A stretch of DNA of 61,929 nucleotides from Clostridiaceae bacterium (GTDB taxonomy: Bacteria > Bacillota > Clostridia > Saccharofermentanales > DTU023). This document shows positions 1 to 10,045 of the stretch, piece after piece. Position 1 is the stretch's first letter; every line of letters starts with the position of its first letter. The position numbers and the translations under genes are program-made. The notes beneath the pieces were generated by a model, which saw only the letters and a program-made list of their open reading frames with translations, searched no databases and was not told the origin of the DNA. The stretch lies in the NCBI GenBank assembly GCA_012798865.1, contig JAAZMK010000005.1:1-61929 (forward strand). The letters run 5' to 3'.

Positions 1-1088
1 AGAAAGTGCCGCTGGCGATTGCCTACCACGGCAACATCGTCGACCTGCTCGAATACGCACTCGCGCACAACATTCACATCGAGCTTCTCTCCGACCAAAC
101 GTCGTGCCATGAACCGTACACGGGCGGTTACTGCCCGCAGGGGCTGACGTTTGAAGAGCGCACCGCGATGCTCGATCATGACCCCGAAGAGTTCCGTGTC
201 CTCGTTGATGAAACACTCAAAAGACATTTCCGTGCGATCAAGGAATTGACGGCACGGGGAACGTACTTCTTCGATTACGGCAACTCCTTCATGAAGGCCA
301 TTTTCGACGCGGGCGTCAAAGAGATTTCGCGAAACGGTGATAACGACCGCGACGGCTTCATCTGGCCATCCTACGTGGAAGATATCATGGGACCGCTCCT
401 TTTCGACTACGGTTACGGACCGTTCCGCTGGGTCTGCCTGTCCGGTAAGGATGAGGATCTGCGCGCGACCGATGAAGCGGCGATGTCTTGCATTGACCCC
501 GAACGGCGTTACCAAGACCGCGACAATTACAACTGGATTCGCGACGCCGAGAAAAACAACCTCGTCGTCGGAACAAAAGCGCGTATTCTCTATAGCGACG
601 CGTTCGGACGCATGTCGATCGCGCTCAAAATGAACGAGCTCGTCCGCGAAGGCGTGATCGGTCCCGTCATGATCGGACGCGATCACCACGACACGGGCGG
701 AACGGATTCGCCATTCCGCGAGACCTCGAACATTCGCGACGGCAGCAACGTGACGGCGGATATGGCGACTTCCGTCTTCGCCGGCAACGCGGCGCGCGGG
801 ATGAGCCTCTGCGCCCTGCATAACGGTGGCGGCGTCGGCATCGGCAAATCGATCAACGGAGGTTTCGGGTGCGTTCTCGACGGCTCGGAGCGTATCGATG
901 AGGTCATCCGAAACGCCGTCCTTTGGGATGTCATGGCGGGCGTCGCAAGGCGCTCATGGGCGCGCAACGAACACGCGATTGAGACGGTGATGGAATACAA
1001 TCGCGTGATGGACGGATCCGACAGACTGACACTTCCCTACATCGCAGATAACGCGCTGATTGAACGCGTGTTGCGGGGAGAGCAGTAA
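1..1088 (+). CDS. hutU: Urocanate hydratase, C-terminal about 360 aa; the 5' end lies outside the window
   Basis: The translation has typical urocanase blocks (GYCPQG, FRWVCLSG, GRDHHDTGGTDSPFRET, LHNGGGVGIGKSINGG). The frame is open to the window edge, and the track's first M is a GTG inside the gene. Confidence 0.9.
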   Translation, partial: KVPLAIAYHGNIVDLLEYALAHNIHIELLSDQTSCHEPYTGGYCPQGLTFEERTAMLDHDPEEFRVLVDETLKRHFRAIKELTARGTYFFDYGNSFMKAIFDAGVKEISRNGDNDRDGFIWPSYVEDIMGPLLFDYGYGPFRWVCLSGKDEDLRATDEAAMSCIDPERRYQDRDNYNWIRDAEKNNLVVGTKARILYSDAFGRMSIALKMNELVREGVIGPVMIGRDHHDTGGTDSPFRETSNIRDGSNVTADMATSVFAGNAARGMSLCALHNGGGVGIGKSINGGFGCVLDGSERIDEVIRNAVLWDVMAGVARRSWARNEHAIETVMEYNRVMDGSDRLTLPYIADNALIERVLRGEQ

Positions 1089-1187
1089 GCAAACAATAGA
1101 CTCAGCGAGTTTGGCACAGAGAACGACAGAAAATTCAAGAACAGTCATTATAACGTATAAGACAAAAGAAGCGAAAGGGAACCCTAC

Positions 1188-2093
1188 ATGACAGAAGTGA
1201 AAAAGATCGTTGAATGCGTCCCCAATTTTAGCGAAGGACGCGACCAAGAGAAGATCGAGCGCATCGTCGCACCGCTCAAAGGGCGTGAAGGTGTCCGCCT
1301 CGTCAACTACGAAGGCGACAAAGATTACAACCGCCTCGTCGTCACGGTGCTTGGCGAGCCTCAAGCCGTCAAGGAAGCCGTCCTCGACGCCATCGGTGTC
1401 GCGACGGAACTCATCGACCTCAATGTCCACGAGGGCGAACACTCCCGCATGGGCGCCACTGACGTCGTGCCCTTCATCCCGATTCGCAACATAACGATGG
1501 AGGAAGCCGTTGAGCTTTCAAAAGAGACTGCCGAAGCCATTAATGAACGTTACAGTATCCCCGTTTTCCTCTATGAGAATTCCGCGACATCGCCCGATCG
1601 TGTCAACCTCGCGTGCATCCGCAAGGGTCAGTTCGAAGGCATGCCGGAAAAGCTTCTTCAACCGGAATGGGAACCCGATTACGGCGAGCGAAAAATCCAT
1701 CCAACTGCCGGTGTCACCGCCGTCTGTGCGCGTTTTTCTCTCATCGCATACAACATAGATCTTGACACGGACAATATCGACATCGCGAACAAGATCGCGC
1801 GCGCCATCCGTCAATCGGGCGGCGGCTTCCAATACATCAAGGCGGGCGGCGTCGAGCTGAAAGAAAAAGGCATCGTCCAAGTCACGATGAACATCACCGA
1901 CTACCACAAAAACCCGATTTACCGCGTCTTCGAAACGGTCAAAATGGAAGCGTCGCGCTACGGCGTCTCCGTCATCGGGAGCGAAGTCGTCGGACTGGCA
2001 CCGCTCGCGGCGCTGATCGAATCGCTCGAATACTACATCGGACTCCATGATTTTAACGAGGAAAAAATCATTGAGCACTGGCTGCTCGGCTGA
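1188..2093 (+). CDS. ftcD: Glutamate formimidoyltransferase (transferase domain only, 301 aa)
   Basis: N-terminal ECVPNFSEGRD and HSRMGATDVVPFIP motifs. It sits between hutU and hutI. Confidence 0.85.
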   Translation: MTEVKKIVECVPNFSEGRDQEKIERIVAPLKGREGVRLVNYEGDKDYNRLVVTVLGEPQAVKEAVLDAIGVATELIDLNVHEGEHSRMGATDVVPFIPIRNITMEEAVELSKETAEAINERYSIPVFLYENSATSPDRVNLACIRKGQFEGMPEKLLQPEWEPDYGERKIHPTAGVTAVCARFSLIAYNIDLDTDNIDIANKIARAIRQSGGGFQYIKAGGVELKEKGIVQVTMNITDYHKNPIYRVFETVKMEASRYGVSVIGSEVVGLAPLAALIESLEYYIGLHDFNEEKIIEHWLLG

Positions 2094-2214
2094 TCTCGTC
2101 AGAGAATCGTGTTGAAAGATGCCTAGCAGAGACGTGTCAGCTTTCTCCGGCTATTCGAAAGCGTCATGTGGGGCGAATACAGAGCATTCCAGTAACAGAA
2201 AAGAGAGGACGGCT

Positions 2215-3471
2215 ATGGGCTTTTTAGTGATTGAAAACACGGCGGAACTCGTGACGCCGATCGGAAAGTCGGCACGTGGCGGGAGTGACATGAGTGAGCT
2301 TCGCGTTATTAAAGACGGCGCCGTTCTCTGCCGCGATGACAAGATACTCGCCGTCGGCACAACCGCAGAGATTGAAAAGACTCTTGCAGATCTCATACCC
2401 AACGCCTCCACCGTCGAGCGCATTGACGCCACAGGAAAGACCGTTCTTCCCGGTTACATCGATCCGCACACGCACTTCATCTTCGGCGGGTACCGCCAAG
2501 ACGAGTTCCAGATGAGACTTCAAGGCGCCACCTACATGGAGATCATGGAAGCGGGTGGCGGCATCGCGGCAACAAACAGAGCGACGTATGATGCGACAGA
2601 AGAACAGCTTTACGAAGCAGGTCTCCTTCGTTTGAATCGCATGCTCGAGCTCGGCATTACCACCGTCGAAGGAAAAACCGGGTACGGCGAGGACACTGAG
2701 ACGGAAAACAAGATGCTGACCGTTATGGAACGCCTCGACCGCGATCATCCCGTTGATATCGTGCGCACGTACATGGGCGCGCACTCCGTTCCGCCGGCAT
2801 TCAAAGGGCGGACTGGCGATTACGTCGACTATCTGATCGCCGAGGGTTTGCCGATGGCAAAAGGGCGTGCCGATTTTTGTGATGTCTTCACGGAAAAAGG
2901 CGTTTTTGAATTGGAGGAATCGGAGAAATTGCTCCTCGCCGCGCGTGAACAAGGCTTTAAACTCAAAATGCACGCCGACGAGATCGTGCCGCTCGGCGGC
3001 GCGGGCCTCGCCGCCAAACTCCGCACCACAAGCGCCGATCATCTCCTCAAGGCGTCGGACGAGGATCTCCTCGCCATGCGAGACGCCGGCGTCGTGGCGA
3101 CACTTCTGCCCTGCACGGCATTCAGTCTCCGCGAGCCGTATGCGCGCGGGCGTTTCATGATCGACAACGGCTTGGCGGTCGCGCTCGGAACGGACCTTAA
3201 CCCGGGAAGCTGCTACACACAGTCGATTCCTCTCATGACAGCGCTCGCGACCATCTACATGCGGATGACGATTGAAGAGACCATCACCGCCATCACTCTC
3301 AACGCCGCCGCCGCCATCGCTCGCGCCGATACCGTCGGATCACTCGAGCCAGGAAAGAAAGCCGACATCATCATCCTCGACTGTCCCGACTACCGACATC
3401 TCTCCTACCACTTCGCGATGAACCTCGTCGAGACTGTGATAAAATCGGGGAAAATAGTCAGAAAACCTTGA
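2215..3471 (+). CDS. hutI: Imidazolonepropionase
   Basis: Amidohydrolase motifs (DPHTHFIFGG, KMHADE, GTDLNPGS). ATG at 2215 is preceded by GAGAGGA; the upstream 32 codons of the track ORF have no homology logic. Confidence 0.9.
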   Translation: MGFLVIENTAELVTPIGKSARGGSDMSELRVIKDGAVLCRDDKILAVGTTAEIEKTLADLIPNASTVERIDATGKTVLPGYIDPHTHFIFGGYRQDEFQMRLQGATYMEIMEAGGGIAATNRATYDATEEQLYEAGLLRLNRMLELGITTVEGKTGYGEDTETENKMLTVMERLDRDHPVDIVRTYMGAHSVPPAFKGRTGDYVDYLIAEGLPMAKGRADFCDVFTEKGVFELEESEKLLLAAREQGFKLKMHADEIVPLGGAGLAAKLRTTSADHLLKASDEDLLAMRDAGVVATLLPCTAFSLREPYARGRFMIDNGLAVALGTDLNPGSCYTQSIPLMTALATIYMRMTIEETITAITLNAAAAIARADTVGSLEPGKKADIIILDCPDYRHLSYHFAMNLVETVIKSGKIVRKP

Positions 3472-3478
3472 GGCAGGC

Positions 3479-5305
3479 ATGCGCGCGACGCGTTTTTTGT
3501 TCGGCAAGATTTGGCAATACGATAAGCGGATGATCGGTATGATCGTTCTCTTTAGCGTGCTGTCCGCCGTCTATCCTTTTATCTGGGTCTACGTACCGAC
3601 CGCCATCATTCGATTAGCAAGCCAAGCGACCGGCGCCGTGACCGATGTGAGAAACGAGCTCTTTCTTTTGCTCGGGGTCGCCGCCGTGTTGGCGGTGGCG
3701 TGCACCTCAGCGCTCGCCTACCTTCGCGGCAACTACCGCATGCGCATGAATAACATTCGCTATCGGCTCATACGAGAACTGATCCGATACGGTCTGTCCA
3801 TGCCATACGAGAACACGCTCAACCGTGATAAGCTCGATGAAATCCAAAGAGCTTACGAGGCGGTTTACGCCCCGTGGCAAGGTGCCGGCGGCATCATGTT
3901 GACGCTCCTGCAGGTCTTTGGAACGGCAGTCGCAGTTGTCGGGTTCGTCGGCGTCTTCCTCTCTCTTTCCCTTTGGATGATGCTTTTGATCCTCGTCGTC
4001 ATTGCGCTGAATTTGTTGTTCAATCATAACCTCAGCAATCTTGTACATCGCGAATGGGACGAGATGAGACCGACTTACCGAAAGATTGAATCGCTGTTCC
4101 GTGAGCAACAGGATCCCTTGGCAAGAAAAGACTTTCTTTCTTACAGCTTACACGGGCTCTTTAAATCGTACACAGACCGTTACATCCTCGACATGCGTTT
4201 TATTCTCGAATCCGTCCTGAAAAGGAAAGTCGGCTGGCAGACTGCCCTCGCACTTGTCGACCTTGTAAAAGACGCCGTCGTTTACGGTTGGCTGATCAGC
4301 TTGTATTTGCGCGGAGACATCGACATCGCGCTTTTCTTTTTCTACAGCTCGGGCGTGATCACATTCGTCGCGCTCGCCCAACAACTCATGTTCGATCTCA
4401 CGAGTATCCGACGCGACGCCGGCAAGCTGTCTTCTTACATCGAGCTGAGCCAGAGCGTATCGCTAACCGATTCTCCGTATGGGAAGCCAGCCGCGACACT
4501 CTCCCCATCGTCTTTCTCCACGAAGAGCGATGCCGAAGACGCGATAACCGTCGACATACGTAACGTCTCTTTCCGGTATCCCGGTACGGAACACTGGGTG
4601 CTTCGCGACGTCAATCTCTCGATCAAGGCCGGCGAAAAGATCGCGCTTGTCGGCGAGAACGGCTCAGGCAAAACGACCCTGGTCATGTTATTGTCCCGTC
4701 TCTACCGACCGAGCGAGGGAGAGATCCTCTTCAACGGCATCAACATCTGGGATTACGACGAGGACGACTTCCGTGCGCTGTTAGGCGTCGTCTTTCAGGA
4801 CGCGATCATTCTCCCCTTCTCTATAAGCGAGAACATCACCCTGTCGTCCAATCCTGATGAGGTCCGACTGCAGAAAGCTATCGACAGCGCTGCCTTTACA
4901 TCAACCGTCTCCCTACAGAAAAACGGACTTGACACAACACTCCTTCGCATCCTTGACGATGAGGGCGTCGACCTCTCAGGCGGTCAAAGGCAGAAACTGT
5001 TTCTTTCGCGCGCGCTTTACAAAGACACGAGCCGCATCCTCCTGCTTGACGAGCCGACAGCGGCCCTTGACGCGCTCGCGGAACAGGAGCTCTATCAGCA
5101 TTATCACGAGCTCACAGAGGGTCAGACGAGCGTCTTTGTCTCCCATCGCCTTGCGAGCACACAGTTTTGTGACCGCGTCGCTTTTCTGTCGGACGGAAAA
5201 ATCGCTGAACTCGGCTCACATGAAGAGCTTTTCGCAAGGGGAGGTCTCTACCACGACATGTACGAGATACAGGCGAAAAATTATCGAATGGAGGGCGGCG
5301 GATGA
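3479..5305 (+). CDS. ABC exporter, fused permease/ATPase half-transporter (subunit 1)
   Basis: N-terminal 6-TM-like region. C-terminal Walker A GENGSGKTT, signature LSGGQRQK and Walker B LLLDEPT. Confidence 0.85.
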   Translation: MRATRFLFGKIWQYDKRMIGMIVLFSVLSAVYPFIWVYVPTAIIRLASQATGAVTDVRNELFLLLGVAAVLAVACTSALAYLRGNYRMRMNNIRYRLIRELIRYGLSMPYENTLNRDKLDEIQRAYEAVYAPWQGAGGIMLTLLQVFGTAVAVVGFVGVFLSLSLWMMLLILVVIALNLLFNHNLSNLVHREWDEMRPTYRKIESLFREQQDPLARKDFLSYSLHGLFKSYTDRYILDMRFILESVLKRKVGWQTALALVDLVKDAVVYGWLISLYLRGDIDIALFFFYSSGVITFVALAQQLMFDLTSIRRDAGKLSSYIELSQSVSLTDSPYGKPAATLSPSSFSTKSDAEDAITVDIRNVSFRYPGTEHWVLRDVNLSIKAGEKIALVGENGSGKTTLVMLLSRLYRPSEGEILFNGINIWDYDEDDFRALLGVVFQDAIILPFSISENITLSSNPDEVRLQKAIDSAAFTSTVSLQKNGLDTTLLRILDDEGVDLSGGQRQKLFLSRALYKDTSRILLLDEPTAALDALAEQELYQHYHELTEGQTSVFVSHRLASTQFCDRVAFLSDGKIAELGSHEELFARGGLYHDMYEIQAKNYRMEGGG

Positions 5306-7119
5306 GATATCTCTTAAAAATCATGCGTCTCCTCTGCCGACAACAGCCAGGATATGCGTGGAGACTCGTGGCGGTCTCCATCGTCACGGGCGTCGCGCCG
5401 CTCATCAATATCTTCATCCCTCGCCTGATCATCGATGAACTCTTGGGCGCGCAGAGAACCGCGTGGCTTCTCTCCCTCACGCTCGGTCTCGCCATCGGAA
5501 ACCTCGTGATGATGATGCTCGACAGTCTGCTTACCAACAGGGTCGCTCTTATGATGAATATCGCGGATGCTCACGCAAAAGAAATCCTCGCCGAAAAAGC
5601 GCTCCGCATTCCGCTTTCGGAAAGCGAGAGAAAGACAAATCTTGACCTCCTCGAGCGCGCTCGCTTCGGCATCTATCACCTGAATAATCTCGATGCTACC
5701 ATGAAGAAGCTGGGCGGATCGCTCGTCAGCCTGCTCTCCGTTCTCGTCATTGTTCTGATGGGAAGTCCGCTCTTAGCGTTCCTGATCCTTGCGATCAATT
5801 TCCCCACTCTTTACTGCCTAAAAAAGATTAAATATCTTGAAGCGGACAACGCCGAACGAAGCGCGCCTGAGAACAGGGCATTTAGTTATTTCACACATCT
5901 AGCGATCGACTACCGATACGCAAAAGATTTGAAGCTTTACGACGGCATCTCTCTCATGATGGAGAAAGCGCAAACGAACATGGACCGCATTCTAAAAATT
6001 AACCACGCGTACTTCACAAAGATCGGTTTTTGGAACGGAATCGTCGGAAGTCTCGTCGAATTCCAATCCGTCGCTATCTTCGCCGTGCTCGGCATTCGGC
6101 TTCTGCTCAAACAAATCACAGTCGGGACTTTTACGATGCTGTATAGCGCCGGACGGCAGATGGGGAGAGCGCTTAACAATATCCTGCAAAGCGCCAACGA
6201 GCTGATGACGGTCAATCTGCACATCAAACCGCTCGTCGAATACCTTGAGCTTCCCGAAAGCAGCGAAGATTTTACACTACACGCCGTCGATCATTGTGAC
6301 GATAAGACCGAGCTTGACGAAGACGTAAGGCGCTGTCTTGAACAGGCGGCGGACGGCGTTCTCGAATGGCGCGTGGAACACGTCTCGTTCAAGTACCCGA
6401 CAGGCGAGAACCTTGTGCTCGATAACTGTTCGTTGAAAATCCATTCGGGTGAACGCATCGCGCTTGTCGGTACGAACGGCGCCGGCAAAACAACACTCGT
6501 GAAGTTGCTGTGCCGCTATTACGAACAGCAATCAGGCAGCATCACGCTCAACGGCGTCGACATCAGGCGTATCCCGCTGCACTTGTACAACGCGATCCTT
6601 TCCCCGACCTTTCAGGATTTTCGTCTCTTTGCGTTCCAAATAGCTGAGAATATTTCGTGTAAAGCCTTCGACAAGATGACGTCCGACGATGAGCAGAGAA
6701 CGGTAGATGCCGTCGACAAACTCGGCTTGAAGGAATGGGTGTCGGGACTCCCGTTTGGCGTGAACACGTATCATTCCTCTACTCTTTCAGATGATGGTGT
6801 ACTGCCCTCCGGCGGTCAGGCTCAGAAGATCGCCCTTGCTCGTTCACTTGCACACGCGGGACCGTTTGTGATCATGGATGAACCGACGGCAGCGCTTGAC
6901 CCGAAGAGCGAGGAAGAGATATTCCACCAGATGTTGACTCTCAGCGAACATACGACGTCGCTCTTCATTTCGCATCGCCTGTCAAGCACACGTTATGCTG
7001 ATCGTATCCTCGTACTCGACCAAGGATGCATCGTCGAGCAGGGAAGCCACCGCGAGCTGCTTGCCAACGGCAGACTCTATGCGCGCATGTACAAGGCGCA
7101 GGCGGCACTCTATCGCTGA
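5302..7119 (+). CDS. ABC exporter, fused permease/ATPase half-transporter (subunit 2)
   Basis: Walker A GTNGAGKTT, signature PSGGQAQK, Walker B VIMDEPT. ATGA start/stop overlap with the upstream gene suggests a heterodimeric pair. Confidence 0.85.
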   Translation: MRYLLKIMRLLCRQQPGYAWRLVAVSIVTGVAPLINIFIPRLIIDELLGAQRTAWLLSLTLGLAIGNLVMMMLDSLLTNRVALMMNIADAHAKEILAEKALRIPLSESERKTNLDLLERARFGIYHLNNLDATMKKLGGSLVSLLSVLVIVLMGSPLLAFLILAINFPTLYCLKKIKYLEADNAERSAPENRAFSYFTHLAIDYRYAKDLKLYDGISLMMEKAQTNMDRILKINHAYFTKIGFWNGIVGSLVEFQSVAIFAVLGIRLLLKQITVGTFTMLYSAGRQMGRALNNILQSANELMTVNLHIKPLVEYLELPESSEDFTLHAVDHCDDKTELDEDVRRCLEQAADGVLEWRVEHVSFKYPTGENLVLDNCSLKIHSGERIALVGTNGAGKTTLVKLLCRYYEQQSGSITLNGVDIRRIPLHLYNAILSPTFQDFRLFAFQIAENISCKAFDKMTSDDEQRTVDAVDKLGLKEWVSGLPFGVNTYHSSTLSDDGVLPSGGQAQKIALARSLAHAGPFVIMDEPTAALDPKSEEEIFHQMLTLSEHTTSLFISHRLSSTRYADRILVLDQGCIVEQGSHRELLANGRLYARMYKAQAALYR

Positions 7120-7278
7120 CAACCCTTTTCCATTTACGTGCAAACGCACATGATTCTTTGGTTTTTCATTATCTGCATCTCTAGGGATCGGACGCTTTTG
7201 TCGTCTTGCGCACAACACACTCGTACGAGTCTTCATCTATAATGTCATCAAAGATTAATGAAGTGAGGAGTGTTTGCC

Positions 7279-7890
7279 ATGATCCAAGTCAATGCCATCG
7301 GCGACGCCTGTCCGTTGCCCGTGATTAAAGTTAGAAAAGCGCTTGAACAGATGACTTCAGGTGAACTCGAAGTTCTCGTCGACAACGATGTCGCCGTGCA
7401 GAACATTGAGCGATTCGCCAAGTCCAGAAATTGCGCTTTCAGCTATGAGGGAGGAGACGGCACGTATACAATCCGAATCGTCAAGCCTGATGACTCTGCA
7501 GCGGAAGACACACATGCACAAGAAGACGTCGTACGGGAGTATTCCTCTCGCGCCGCCAAGAATGTAGTTGCGATCGCGTCGGACAAGATGGGACGCGGGG
7601 ACGATGTTTTGGGCGACATCCTGATGAAGAGCTTCTTCTTTACGCTGACGCAACTCGACGATTTGCCGCACACGCTTTTGCTCTACAATGCGGGCGCGAA
7701 GCTGTCTATTCACGGAAGCCCTGTGCTGAAAGATCTCGTCGCGTTGGGCGAGGCAGGTGTAAGAATCATGACATGCGGGACGTGTCTAAACCATTTCGGC
7801 ATCGCGGATCAGCTCGCTATCGGTGAGATTACGAACATGTACGACATCGTTGACCAGCTGCGGACAGCGACGCACATCATCAGACCCTAA
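7279..7890 (+). CDS. yedF: YedF-type sulfurtransferase-like selenium metabolism protein (TusA-like N-terminus + DsrE-like C-terminus)
   Basis: TusA/SirA motif AIGDACPLPVIKVRKAL, then a DsrE-like half ending with a CGTC motif. GAGGAG lies 8 nt upstream of ATG 7279. Confidence 0.8.
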   Translation: MIQVNAIGDACPLPVIKVRKALEQMTSGELEVLVDNDVAVQNIERFAKSRNCAFSYEGGDGTYTIRIVKPDDSAAEDTHAQEDVVREYSSRAAKNVVAIASDKMGRGDDVLGDILMKSFFFTLTQLDDLPHTLLLYNAGAKLSIHGSPVLKDLVALGEAGVRIMTCGTCLNHFGIADQLAIGEITNMYDIVDQLRTATHIIRP

Positions 7891-7925
7891 CTCGATTAGC
7901 CCGCAAAGGCAACGCGCATGAGAGC

Positions 7926-8165
7926 ATGAGAGAGCGAGCGCCAAAACTCGTCATCACATTCCGGTCGACGACCGACGCCATGATGATGGAGAAAAAATGC
8001 CCCGAAGGGACAGGAAGGCTTATCCCCGTCCCACGTGAAATCAGCCGAGGGTGCGGTTTGGCGTGGGCAGCGGAGCCCGATCAGGAAGAATATCTCCTCG
8101 GCATCATGCGCGAGAACGACATCCCTTGGCTCGAGAAGAAAATCATCGAGTTTTACGATTTTTAA
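7926..8165 (+). CDS. DUF3343-like small putative Se/S carrier protein
   Basis: 79 aa with the pattern ITFRST..A...E......G.LIPVPREIS.GCGLAW. Immediately downstream of yedF, the usual partner. Confidence 0.65.
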   Translation: MRERAPKLVITFRSTTDAMMMEKKCPEGTGRLIPVPREISRGCGLAWAAEPDQEEYLLGIMRENDIPWLEKKIIEFYDF

Positions 8166-8182
8166 CTCACTGCAAAACATGA

Positions 8183-8220
8183 AGCGGTCTGCTCTTATCA
8201 CCGCGCAGACCGCTATTTTT
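8183..8220. terminator. Hairpin between convergent genes (yedF/DUF3343 and udp), probably a bidirectional terminator
   Basis: AGCGGTCTGC ... GCAGACCGCT forms a 10-bp stem followed by ATTTTT on the + strand. The minus-strand side is also followed by a U-rich stretch. Confidence 0.6.
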
Positions 8221-8267
8221 CACAACGTTTGAAAATATAATAACCGAGAGCGATTAGTCTGCGTTTT

Positions 8268-9032
8268 TCATAACTTCTGTTCGCGCTCTCTTTGAATATG
8301 GAGCTTGATCGCCTCGACGGCGACGCGAATGCCGCGCATCGTATCATGGCTTTCCGAATCGTCCATCCCTCTGGCGCGCCGTTCTTGATTCCAAATGGTA
8401 TTCAGAATGCACGCGGCTTTCGCACCGAGCGATTGGCAGACGATGTAGAGCGCAGCGCTCTCCATCTCCGAGGCGAGCGTCCCGCCTCTGAGCCAAGCCT
8501 CCCATTTTTGTTCCAGATCGTAGCTCACGGGCATACGACCGGGTGAATGCTGACCATAGAAAGAGTCCTTACACTGAACAACCCCGGTATGGAATCGGTA
8601 GCCTCCTTCGCGAGCGGCATCGACGAGACAGCCCGTCAATTCAAAATCGGCGACAGCCGGGAACTCGATCGGGAGATACTCGCGCGTCGTCCCTTCCATC
8701 CTGATGGCACCTGTCGCAATCACGAGATCGCCACCCATCACGGGGAGCGCCATGCCGCCGCACGTGCCCACGCGTATGAAGTTGCGGACACCCGTCATGA
8801 ACAATTCCTCTATGCCGATCGCGGTTGACGGACCGCCCATCCCCGTTGACATAACGAGAATCGGTTCGCCGAGAAGTGATCCCTGCCACGTCGTATACTC
8901 GCGATTTCTGCCAATGAAATGCGGATCGTCCAACAGCATGGCAATCTTCTCCACGCGCCCGGGATCTCCCGGAAGCAGAGCGTACTTCGCACCGTGTGAA
9001 TCATCAAGTTGAATGTGATAAAGCTTTTCCAT
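8268..9032 (-). CDS. udp: Uridine phosphorylase (PNP/UDP family 1)
   Basis: Collinear similarity to E. coli Udp (LPGDPGRVEKIA, STGMGGPSTAIGIEEL, EFPAVADFE, EMESAAL). GGGAGGA lies upstream of ATG 9032. Confidence 0.85.
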   Translation of the reverse strand: MEKLYHIQLDDSHGAKYALLPGDPGRVEKIAMLLDDPHFIGRNREYTTWQGSLLGEPILVMSTGMGGPSTAIGIEELFMTGVRNFIRVGTCGGMALPVMGGDLVIATGAIRMEGTTREYLPIEFPAVADFELTGCLVDAAREGGYRFHTGVVQCKDSFYGQHSPGRMPVSYDLEQKWEAWLRGGTLASEMESAALYIVCQSLGAKAACILNTIWNQERRARGMDDSESHDTMRGIRVAVEAIKLHIQREREQKL

Positions 9033-9045
9033 ATGATCCTCCCAC

Positions 9046-9993
9046 TCAAGCAAACGCATCTTTTACGTATGTACGACCGCAATAGGCGGCGGCGATCTTT
9101 GCCGCAACATAAGCGTTGTTCAGAACGAGCGCGATGTTCGCCGTGAGACTCTCGCCTCCTGTCTCCGCGACGATGTTCTCAAGCAGGAACGGTGAGACAT
9201 CCTTGCCCGTGATCCCTTGTTCATCGGTCTTAGCGACGGCATTGGCGATGGCGCGGTCGATTTTCTCTTTGTCCATCGCATCTTTTTCCGGAATTGGGTT
9301 GGCGATGACCATGCCGCCAGGGAATCCGAGAGACCGCGAAATACGGTATATTGCCGCCACTTCCTCCGGCGTGTCAACTCGCATCGGCAATTTGTATCCG
9401 CTCTCTCTCGTGTAGAAAGCCGGCATGTCATCCGTCCCGTACCCGATGACCGGGATACCTCCCGTCTCGAGGTATTCGAGTGTCCGCCCGATGTCGAGAA
9501 TCGATTTTGCGCCCGCGCAAATGACGACAACGGGCGTGTTCGCGAGCTCTTCCAAATCGGCAGAGATGTCCATGGTATCTTCGCCGTGTCGATGGACACC
9601 GCCGATCCCGCCTGTCGCAAAGAACGGAATCCCGGCGAGGTGAGACGCGATCATCGTCCCGCTTACAGTCAATGACCCCGTGAGTCCTTTCGTGAGCACG
9701 TAAGCAATATCTCGACGCGACGTTTTCGTTGCGCTCAAACCCTCCATGCCGAACCGTTCAATTTCGGCTGGCGACAACCCGACGCGAATTTTACCGTCAA
9801 GGATACCGATCGTTGCCGGCAACGCACCGCCGCGGTACACTTCCTGTTCCACGGCGAACGCCGTCTCCACGTTCTTAGGATACGGCATCCCGTGCGAAAT
9901 AATCGTTGTCTCGAGCGCGACGATTGGAAAGCCTTTACGAAGCGCCTCCGATACTTCTCTTGATAAATGAATGTATTGCTTCAAAGATTCCAT
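9046..9993 (-). CDS. psuG: Pseudouridine-5'-phosphate glycosidase
   Basis: VALETTIISHGMPYP, ATGGIGGVHRHGEDTMDISADLEELA and CAGAKSILD match PsuG/YeiN. The start could also be 10035 (14 codons longer). Confidence 0.9.
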   Translation of the reverse strand: MESLKQYIHLSREVSEALRKGFPIVALETTIISHGMPYPKNVETAFAVEQEVYRGGALPATIGILDGKIRVGLSPAEIERFGMEGLSATKTSRRDIAYVLTKGLTGSLTVSGTMIASHLAGIPFFATGGIGGVHRHGEDTMDISADLEELANTPVVVICAGAKSILDIGRTLEYLETGGIPVIGYGTDDMPAFYTRESGYKLPMRVDTPEEVAAIYRISRSLGFPGGMVIANPIPEKDAMDKEKIDRAIANAVAKTDEQGITGKDVSPFLLENIVAETGGESLTANIALVLNNAYVAAKIAAAYCGRTYVKDAFA

Positions 9994-10045
9994 GTTTTTG
10001 TCTCCAACGAAAATTTGTTTTAATAGCTGTTTCATCGCTCACCTT

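Noticed and set aside
2119-2214. Extended N-terminus of hutI (track ORF start at 2119)
   Set aside because: The extra 32 residues have no similarity to imidazolonepropionases. ATG 2215 has a GAGAGGA SD and gives the family-typical N-terminus.
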